Source: Hypanus sabinus (lineage: Eukaryota). Taken from it: a DNA stretch of 64,000 nt. The stretch lies in assembly GCF_030144855.1 (NCBI RefSeq), contig NW_026781651.1, positions 434,001 to 498,000 on the forward strand, given 5' to 3'. The notes below the pieces were generated by a model. The model saw only the letters and a program-made list of their open reading frames with translations, made no database searches and was not told where the DNA came from. Positions 25,036 through 35,200 of this stretch are shown here, in pieces (position 1 is the first letter of the stretch; the number at the start of each line of letters is the position of its first letter). Position numbers and translations under genes: made by a program.

Positions 25036-27196
25036 TACTTCACGCCTTCGTATGGCTACTGCTCTGCCCATGACTGCAAGGAACGGCAGAGAACATCAGA
25101 GAAACAAGCCTGGACTCTTCCTAAATTTCCCCCTGAATCTGAAAAGCAGACCGTGCACTCAAATATACCCACAACCCGGGATATTATTGCTGCAAACCAA
25201 CGGACGGTTTCCTGTGATTATAAGCCAAAAGAGTAATAAAATGGACGGGAAATCACAATGTAACTCGACGTGCCCCTGCACCATATGTCTATCTGCACTG
25301 CACTTGCTCTGCAGTCATAATGCGTTGTTACAGTTAATGTTTGGTCATATATCAGCTCAATGTACTGTTGTAATGTATCGATCTGTGTGGATGGTACGTC
25401 AGCAAGATTTTCACTGTATCTCAGTACGTAATTAGAATAAACCAATTCCCCATTTTAATTGTGTGGAAATATTAGACAGACTGACCTTCTGCTTCGGAAA
25501 TTCAGAGGGAAACTTAACTGAACTGTTGGCATTTCTGAAGAACACAAATAATTAGAAAATGTTTCAACCTTGCATTACGATCTGCTGTAAACGAGATCAG
25601 GTGACGGGTGGAGGGTCTCCCGTCTGAACCGGTGACTCTGCTCCTCGCCCCATACACGCTGCCCGACCCATCCGCCGCATTACCCACATTATTCCATATT
25701 GACACCAGATACGTGTTTAGTTTTTCCCGCCTTATCTTTCAAGTCCCTTTCCCTCCACCTTCAGGTCACAGTTTCACGCGCTCCGTTCCGATTCTGGTCC
25801 GAAGCAGTTTTCAGACCCAAACCGGAAATTTCCAGCTTTCATTTAAAACAGTCCATGTTTATAAACACTAATTTCTATTCACATTTCTCCAGCCTCGCTG
25901 GACAGCAACACTAAAACATCTGTGAGAAAGTGCAGGAGGTGGGCATTCAGCCCCTCTAACCATCAACAAGATGGCGCCTCTTCTCCCATCTCAGCCACAT
26001 GTTTCTGTCCGATCCTTATTTCCTCGATCCCTTCGGTCTCCATACATCTGCCGGCCGCGGTTTTATGTGAGGACGATCACCGAGTCTTCACCGCCATCTG
26101 TGGAGGGGATTTTCAGACATTCACCACCCTCGGAGTGGAGACATTTCCCCTCATCGCAGTCCCGGACATTCCACCCCCTTTTTCAGAGACTGGGATCCCT
26201 GGTTCAACCGGTAATGATGTTGTGCATTTCAATGTGTTCACCTCTCAGTCCTCGATTCTCCAAATCACATTAGGTTATCACATTTGATCTTTCTTCATAA
26301 GATGACCCCACCACTCCAGGGATCAATCTGGTGAATCCTCATTGCACTCTCTATAACAAATACTCTCTAACCTCTCTTGATCCTCTATGGAATTAATTTC
26401 CATCTTCTGCAGCCCCGTGTAGCCCCAACCACTCTCCGCCCACCCCTCCCTGTCACTATTTCCACCTTCCCACCTTCCCCCTTTACCTGGATCCACCTCT
26501 CACGCCCCAGCTCTTGCCCCATCCCCACCCCTCACCACTTTTCTCTGACTATTTCCCGTCCACTCTCAGTCCAGAGGGAGGGGCTCGGCCCGAAATGTTG
26601 ACGGTCCATTTCGCTCCACAGATGCTGCCCGGCCCACTGAGTTCCTCCGGCAGTTTGTCCTTTGTTCTATATAAACCTTGTGTTAGTGTGGGGAGCGGGA
26701 TTTTACACCATATTCCTGGTACAATCTCAAGAAAGTACAAATAATTGTCACTTTGCCCGAACCATTGGCCCCGCTTGCAGATCAATTCAATTCAATTCCT
26801 CTGTTGACTGCTGGGGGGTGGGGAGCAGGGAGGGGGTCTTTGGCAAGTGATTAGTAGTTCAGCCGTTAAACCGAAAAAGCTGTAGCACAGCAGTGCGTGT
26901 GTGATGTAAGGCACGGTGCTCGTGACAGCAGATGCAGATACTGTGAGATCATGCGTGACATCTGGCGCGTGGGGGGGGGGGGTGGCTGCTCTGTGACGTC
27001 ACGTGAAGGGGAGCGCTTCTATTTAAAAACACCTTTCGTTTCGTACGATTTGGTACAGTAAAACTTAATTAGGGTTTCATGTCTGAATCCCCTGTTGTGT
27101 GATGTGAAGTCCTTTCTATTTGTCTGGCTATTCGTGGAGGGTGGGCAGCGTGGTGTTTGTCTCGAGTTGAGTCACAAATCCACAAATGTTTCTGGG

Positions 27197-27320
27197 CAAC
27201 GCACAAAATTTTGGAGGAACACAGCGGTCCTGCTGAAGGGTCTCCGCCCGAAACGTCCACTGTATATCTTCCGTAGATGCTGCCCGGCCTGCTGAGTTCC
27301 TCCAGCATTTGTGTGCGTTC
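27197..27320 (+). mobile_element. Penelope-derived terminal repeat, inverted arrangement, with degenerate hammerhead core (paralogue at ~45092-45215)
   Basis: AACGCACAAAATTTTGGAGGAACACAGC ... GCTGAGTTCCTCCAGCATTTGTGTGCGTT inverted repeat enclosing CTGCTGAAGGGTCTCCGCCCGAAACGTCCAC. Confidence 0.65.
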
Positions 27321-27724
27321 CTTGGATTTCCAGCATCTGCAGTTTTTCTCTTGTGTGTGAAATGTTTCAGGGGAGGACTTTCGGGACTGATCCGGTTTGG
27401 GATGGCTTCAGTCAGTGCAGTGTCTTGGTGTCTAGTACTTTAATAAACAACTGTTTTTTTCTTTTTTAAAAAAAAAAATAATACGAATCAGAATTTCCAG
27501 CGGGGTCCACACACAGTGTATTAGTCAACAGAAGTCCTCTATTCCCTGCAGTCTTTATCTCCTGGTAAACTCAACACCCTGACAGCGTGGACCACAGATA
27601 CCCCTTCCTCAGAGTCAGGGAATCATTCTGACAACTGATCGCTGAGAGGAATTATATTTGTTGGTCATTAAATTTCGCTCGGACATGGAATGGATATGGT
27701 GTTCAGGGTGTCCCAGTGAAAGAG

Positions 27725-27895
27725 CCGGACGGCTGAGCTCTCTGCGCTGTGGGAACATCGAGCCTCGGAGATGCGCAGGCGCGCTGCCGACACCAAGTAT
27801 TGCCCCCTGTTGTACCGTCCGGGCGGCGCTGAGAAAGGAGCTATTACCGGGTTTGTGTAAATCGGGGGCCGATTGCGGTGTGAGGGGCCGGGAAT
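27725..27895 (+). promoter_or_regulatory. CpG-rich promoter/non-coding first-exon-like module, unit A
   Basis: TGCGCAGGCGC (NRF1-like) at 27772-27782; donor-like ACCGG|GTTTGT at 27851; CpG-dense in a CpG-poor background. Confidence 0.45.
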
Positions 27896-29024
27896 GTGCT
27901 CTGCTCTGTGCCTGTCCCGCTGCCCCGGTTTTAGCATTGCGATGGAGACCGGGCTGTGGGATCAGTTAGTTGTGGATCCCCAAGGGGTTTGGGGTAAAGG
28001 GGATCTGTCTGTGTGTCGGTAGAGGTTATGGGTGGACGTGTGTGAGTGGGGTGAGTAGTTGGAATGGTGTGTCGTCGTAGGCGGGTTGGGGTCTGTTGGG
28101 TGAAGGTGGGATGATAGGAAACTTCGTGACAAACTAAGTTGTAAACAAGGGAGGATCTGGTGAATTGGGTCAGCCAGCTCAGCTCGCGGGTCCTTCCAGG
28201 AAACATCAATACTCTCTTCATATTAATTACAGGTACCGTCCAACCTTGCCGTTAAGATTTTGTTTGTTACAGAGCACCAGAGTCTGGAAACAGATTCAGG
28301 AAATATCAGTCCTCTTTCATATTAATTACAGGAACTGTCCAACCTTGTTATTAAGATTGTGCTTGTTCCAGAGCCTCAGAGTCTGGGAACAGCTGTCACC
28401 GTCATGAACAGCGAGTGCAGATTGGAAATGGGGTCACTGACCTCTGCATCAGAGAAGGACAGCCTCCTGTGAGATATCAATGTCCTCAGAGTGGATTCAG
28501 ATCTGGTGGCATATCGGGAGTCTGAAAGGGAAAGGGAGTAGGCAAAGGGCTAAAGAGAGAGTTTTAATCGGGGAACATGTTTAGGGGTAAAGGGGTACAG
28601 CAGCTGTCTGATAGATTGTTTTAATTCCTTTATATAATCTCACAGACGGTGACTGAGGAAAAAGCTTGTTGGCGGAGGATGCCCGGAGGTGAGCAGGTCA
28701 GAAACAGAATGAGAAATTGAATTGAATGGAGTTCACTTATTTCATCCTTCTCATAAATGAGGAGTAAAAATCATCTAAATGTGAAATGTGCACATATAGT
28801 AATTTATAATAGCTTAAAACAAATATAACAGTCAATGTAATCTAGAGTGTTCTCAAATCAGTGTGAGTTCATCAGTCTCATGTCCCAGTGGAAGAAACTG
28901 TCCCAGAGCCTGCAGGTCCTGGCTTTTATGCTTCCCGGATGTAGCAACTGGAATAGAGTGACCATTATTTGATTTCCTGTGTCCCGGGTTTAGGCAGTCG
29001 TCTCAAGTGAGGAGTTGGTCTGCA

Positions 29025-29103
29025 GCAACACAAACTAAATGCTGGTAGAACGCAGGCAGCATCGATAGGAAGAAGTACAGTCGACGTTTCGGGCTTCGTC
29101 AGG
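29025..29103 (-). mobile_element. Penelope-derived terminal repeat with hammerhead-type core (paralogue at 46786-46864)
   Basis: Minus strand reads CCTGACGAAGCCCGAAACGTCGACTGTA: CUGANGA and GAAAC boxes plus palindromic GTCGAC. Confidence 0.6.
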
Positions 29104-29689
29104 TTCAGCATGGTAATATTCTGTGGAAAGGTAGATCACGCGGCATCCAGGGAGAGCTGGCTAACTGGATGCACTGTTGTCTTGATAGCAGGAAGCAGGG
29201 AGTGATGGTGGGAGGCTGATTATTCGACTCGAGGCCCGAATCTAGTGGTATTCCCCGGGGTTACACTCATTGATCTCTTTATTTATTGCTATTTAATTAT
29301 ATTTGCATTGTTGCAGTTTGTTGTCTTCTGTGCTCTACTTGATGTTTCATTGTTCCTTGTACAGTTACTATTCTATAGATCTGCTGAGTATGCCCGCATG
29401 AAGAAGAATTTCAGGGTTGTATGTGGTGAAATGTATGTACTCTGAAAATGAAATTGACTTTGCACACTGCAACTTGTCATCTCTACCAATAATTTGGTTG
29501 AGAGTATACAGGCAATGGATAGTGAATTTGCAGCAAGTAACTTCAAACAATTACTGTTTTTGAAAGATACTCAGTATAAACACTCCCCTCCATTTCTCGC
29601 TCCTCACTCGACCACACCCTCCCCTTAATGTCTTCCCTCTCTGCCCCGTCTTCTCTCTCAACCCCGCAATGGGCAGACGTTCAGGGTGA

Positions 29690-31432
29690 AAGAAACATAG
29701 AAAACCTACAGCACAATGCTGGCCCTTCGGCCCGCAAATATGTGCCGAACATGTCCCTACCTTGGAAATTACTAGGCTAATAGCCCTCTATTTTCCAAAG
29801 CTCCATGTACCTATCCAAATGTCTCTTAAAAGACTCTATCGTATCTGCTGCCGCCACCGTTGTCGGCAGCCCATTCCATGCACTCACCACTCTCTGAGTA
29901 AAAAACATAATCCTGACACCTCCTCTGTACCTACGACACAACACCTTAAATCCGTGTCCTCTTGTGGCAACCATTTCAGCCCTGGGAAAAAGCCTCTGAC
30001 TATCCACACGATCAATGCCTCTCAACATCTCTTTCAGGTCACCTCTCATGCCTCCATCGCTCCAAGGAGTAAAGGCGGAGTTCACACAACCTATTGGCAT
30101 AAGGCATGCTCCCTAATCCAGGCAACATCCTTGTAAATCTCCTCTGCACCCTTTCTATGGCTTCCACATCCTTCCTGTAGTGAGGTGACCAGAACTGAGC
30201 ACTGTACTCCAAGTGGGGTCTGATCAGGGTCCTATATAGCTGAAACATTTCCTCTCGGCACCTAAATTCAATTCCAGTATTTATGAAGGACAATACACCG
30301 TACGCCTTCTTAACCACAGAGTCAACCTGCGCAGCTGTTTTGAGTGTCCTATGGACTCGGATTCGAAGATCCCACTGATTCTCCGCACTGCCCAGATTCT
30401 GACAATTAATACTATACTCAGTCATTTTATTTGACCTACCAAAATGAACCACGTCGCACTTATCTGGCTTGAACTCCATCTGTCACTTCTCAACCCAGTT
30501 TTGCATCCTATCATCGTCCCGCTGTATCCTCTGACAGCCCTCCACACTATCCACAGCACCCCCAACCTTTGTGTCATCAGCAAGTTTACTAACTCATCCC
30601 TCCACTTTCTCATTCAGGCCATTTACAAAAGTCACGAAGAGTAAGGGCCCCAGAACAGATCCCTGAGGCACTCCGGTGCTGACCGTCCTCCATGCAGAAT
30701 ATGACCCGTCTACAACCACTCTTTGCCTTCGGCGGGCAAGCCACGTCTGGACCCACAAAGCAATGTCCCCTGGATCCCATGCCTCCTTACTTTCTCAATA
30801 AGCCTTGCATGGGGTACCTTATCAAATGCCTTGCTAAAATCCATATACACTACATCTACTGCTGTTCCTTCATCAACGTGTTTATTCACATCCTCAGAAA
30901 ATTCAATCAGGCTAGTAAGGCACGACCTGCCCTTGACAAAGCCATGCTGACTATTAGTAATCATATTATACCTCTCCAAATGTTCATAAATCGTGCCCCC
31001 CCCCAGGATGTTCTCCATCAACTTACCAAATAATGAGATAAGACTCAATGGTCTATAATTTCCTGGGCTTTCTCTACTCCCTTTCTTGAATAAAGGAACA
31101 ACACCCGCAACTCTCCAATGATCTGGAACCTCTTCCGTCTCCATGGATGATGCAAAGATCATCGCCAGAGGCTCAGTAATCTCTCCCCTCACCTCCCAAA
31201 GAAATTGGGGTACATCTCATCCGGTCCCAGGAACGTATCTAACTCGATGTTTTCCAAAACCCGCAGCACATCCTTTTTCTTAAAATCAACATGCTTAAGC
31301 TTTTCAGTCTGGTGCAAATCATCACTACAAACACCAAGATCCTTTTCCTTAGTGAATACTGAAGTAAAGTATTCATTAAGGACCTCTGCTATTTCCTCCG
31401 GTTCCATACATACTTCCCCACTGTCACACTTG
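29690..31432 (-). mobile_element. CR1/HER1-type LINE, 5'-truncated RT half, frameshifted (unit A)
   Basis: VVPLFKKGSRESPGNYRPLSL, SQHGFVKGRSCLTSLI, VDVVYMDFSKAFDKVPH, RTLIRPHLEYSAQFWSPHY, FFTQRVVSAWNGLP; tail TGTAGGTTTTCTATGTTTC. Confidence 0.95.
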
Positions 31433-31886
31433 ATATTTCAGGGTGGAAGGTGAAATATTCTTGGGGAACCTGAAGGGGAATTCTTCACTCAGAAGTTCGT
31501 GAGACTGTGGAATGAGCTGCCAGTGGAAGTGGTATATGTGGGTTCGATTGAGACACTGAAGAGAAATTTGGGTAAGGACATGGATGGGAGGTTTATGCAG
31601 GTAGTTGACAGTAAAAACAAAAACGGGTCGGTATTGACTAGAAGGGTCGAACGGCCTGTTTCAGTGTTGCTGGGCTCTGTGGCTCTAATAATATTCTGAA
31701 CTGTAATTTCCCCAGTCATTGCTTTGCTGCTAATGACTGAACCCGGTAATTTACAGAATTGGTGAAGAGGCTGCTCAGTGACTCTTCCTGTGCTCAGTGT
31801 TACTGGGACGTCCCATCACTGAGCAGATATTGTCTTCTCCATTCTCTTTCACTAAGTCTGTCACTCAACACTTTCCATATTTACAG

Positions 31887-32059
31887 GAAATCACAGAACT
31901 CACAGAGAAAGAAACCGCAACAGAGGATTCCTCGCATTTCCTCAAACCTGGTGATGGGGAAAGGCTGCCAGTCCCAAGGAGTGATGTGGGAATCCTTTGT
32001 GGAAATGAGCAATAAGTTAGCAAAGGTGGACAAAATGCTGAAAGTAGTTCTGAAGTTCG
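31887..32059 (+). pseudogene. Frameshifted exon resembling the N-terminal (death-fold-like) domain of elasmobranch NLR (NACHT-LRR) proteins, unit A
   Basis: Acceptor tttacag|G, donor G|gtacgg; frame-corrected translation EITELTEK...SSHFL/NLVMGKGCQSQGVMWESFVEMSNKLAKVDKMLKVVLKFG, recalled as similar to LVMEKGSRARRVMWESFVK..LPKLDKILKEI of shark/ray NLRs; 173 nt, one base too long for the frame. Confidence 0.55.
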
Positions 32060-32249
32060 GTACGGTAATACAACACACAAAATTGGAAATCACATTGAAA
32101 CATCGTGGGTGTAAGAAAGTACGTCAACAAAGTTCGGCCCATAATGTTGTGCTGAACCAACGAAATTAGCAACCAAATGGCCATTAAACTGAATCTTTGT
32201 GGCAGCATAATATCCACCTCTGTCCATTTTCCTCACATGTATGCGCCTG

Positions 32250-35200
32250 TCTTTCTTTCTTTAAATATATTTATTAATTTTAAACAAATAAATGAAACAT
32301 GAATACAGAGAGTCTGAGAGTACATAATTAATAGGTTAAAATACAAATACAAATAGATAATAATCCTTATATAATAACCTCCCAAACTCATAGTAATTCC
32401 GAAAAATGGAGTGAGTAAATAAAAAAAAGCAGAATATGAAGAAACCTAACCAACATGGGCCATTGCATTATGTCAAATATACACAGTAGCGTCAATAACT
32501 CCGCACCTCAATCCAAATAATTAAGGATAATAAAAGTAAGGTTCAGGGGAAGTCAGTTTAGCTCATATGAAAATGTTGAATAAATGGTCTCCAAGTTTCT
32601 TCAAATTTAACTGGGGTCAAAATAACACTTCTAATTTTTTCTAAGCTCAAACAAGAAATAGTTTGAGAAAACCACTGAAATATAGTTGGAGAATTAATTT
32701 CCTTCCAGTTCAATAGGATAGATCATCTAGCCATTATTGTGACAAATGCAATCATCCGCCAGGCTGAGGGGGATAAACAACTATTATCCACCACTGGTAA
32801 ACCGAAAATTGCAGTAATAGTTTGCCATTTGATACTCAGAACTGTTGATATAGGACCAAAAACATCTTCCCAATAATTTTGCAAGCAAGGGCAAGACCAA
32901 GACATGTGGGTCAATGAGGCAACTTCAGAATGACATCTGTCACAGGTTGGATTAACACAAGAATAAAATCGAGCAAGTTTATTCTTGGACATGTGAGCCC
33001 TATGTACAACCTTAAGTTGTATTAGGGCATATTTAGCACAAATAGAGGAAAAATTGACTAATTGAATAATGTTCTCCCACTGCTCAGTGGGCATAAGAAA
33101 ATGAAGTTCTTTTTCTCATTCCTTCTTAATTTTTTCTGATACTTCTGACTGTATTTTCATGATCATATTATATATGGTGGCTACGAAATCCTTCTCACAA
33201 GGATTCAGAGCTAAAAAAAGTGTTTAAGGTAAATTATATTTATTAGATAGCTGTTCAAAGGACAGAAAACTATTATTTAAATATGGATCACGAAAACATG
33301 TTATACCTTTTATTTTCCGTAATACAAAGGATTGATCCATAGAAGAGGGCCAAAAAATAAAGTTAGAGATAATAGTGCTTGATAGGACAAAATTATTCAA
33401 GCTAAAAAATTTACGACATTGGAACCATATTCGCAATGTATGTTTAACTATAGGATTCGTTATTTGTTTATTCAATTTAGATAAAGAAAACGGAAGTAAA
33501 AATCCTAAAATTGAAAACAATGAATAGTCTTGTACAGATTTGCATTCCAAATTTACCCATTGTGGGCAAGATGCTATATTCGATTGTTGTGTCCAAAATA
33601 TTAAATATCGAATATTAACTGCCCAATAGTAATATCTTAGATTTTGCAAAGACAAACCACCCTCCTTCTTAGGCTTCTGTAAATATTTTTTGCGTAGTCT
33701 AGGATTTTTATTCTGCCACACATACGAGGATATTTTGGAGTCAATAACATCAGAAAAGATTTAGGAAAAAAATTGGTAATGGTTGGAATAAATATAAAAC
33801 ATTGGGTAATACTATCATCTTAATATCATTAATTCGACCAACCAATGACAAAGATAATGGGGGCCACCTACTAACAAGTTGCTTAATTTGGGCAATTAAA
33901 GGTAAAAAAATTAACTTTAAATGAATTCTAATGTTTCTTGGTAATTTTAATGCCTGTTATGAAGGATGAACAGTTTGGATGGGCAGAAGGGTGCAGTGTT
34001 ACCCATGGCTCCCGCCCCCGGCAGAATCACAAACCGTTACTGTTGCTATGCTGCTCATGACAGAGTGAGCTGGAAAAGAAAACATGCAAGAACATCTGCT
34101 ACAGATAAGAGAGTGGAGAGAGACTTGTTGATTCACCGTATTATGACTTCTGAGAGGGTTATTTATCTTGTACCATTCTGTTCATTAACATTCCTCAGTG
34201 GACAGGAGGGATAAAAGTCAGGGCTGGTGAGACACCCTTCGGACGCACCAGGAGACACACTAGTGGACACTGTTTGAGAGTTGGAACCGACGGGAAGGTG
34301 TGGGGCATCGGAGACTGAACCAGGAGCTCTGTCAGTTAAATTCACAGTGTTATCGCAGGGCCGGCAGGGACTTGTGTGTGTGTCCACTCATGCCATAGTG
34401 ATGAGTTCACCACAGAAGAACGGTCTAACTGAATGACAGAGGGGTCATAAGTGAATGGCCACAACGATACGACGGATCAAGAACGCAAAGGATGGTTTGC
34501 CTGACTGTAGCTGGTACATCTCGCTCGCTCTCTCTCTCTCTACTCTCCAACGATTACAATGCAACAACCATATCTACCTCAGCACGTATGAACTTAAAAG
34601 ATGAATAACGGTTTTTAATAAATCCAGTATGATCTTCAGGGATAATTCGAGGTAATATGTTTTCTAATCTAGTGGCCAAAACTTTGCTAAAAATCTTAGA
34701 GTCCCTATTCAGCAAGGATATGGGCTGATAGGGTACACGTTCAGTGGGGTCTTTATCTTTTTTAAGAATTAAGGAGATAGAGGCATCATAAAAAGATTGT
34801 GGGAATTTACATAAAATTAACACATTTTTAAAAATTTTACAAAGCCAAAACGGAAAGAGAAAACGGATTTTAAAGAATTCTGCAGTATAACCATCCGGAC
34901 CAGGGGCTTTCCATGAATTCATTGAAAAATTCGCATCTTTTATTTAGATTTCTGTTATAGGTGTATCTAGAAATACATTATATTCTGTTGTTAATTTGGG
35001 GATATTCAATTTTCTTAAAAAATCATCCATTATAGAAGAATCCTCAACAAATTCTGATTGATATTAAGAATTGTAAAAATCTTGAAAGGCTTTATTTATC
35101 TCTTTATGATCAATCGACAATGTGCCATCTCGTTTACGAATCTTAGTAATTTGTCGTTTAACTGAAGCAGTTTTCAATTTATTAGCCAATAGTTTACCAG

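Noticed and set aside
25004-26287. ORFs of 87-143 aa conserved between the two units
   Set aside because: Conservation is explained by the segmental duplication; the sequence is composed of TE fragments and lacks a consistent frame or splice structure
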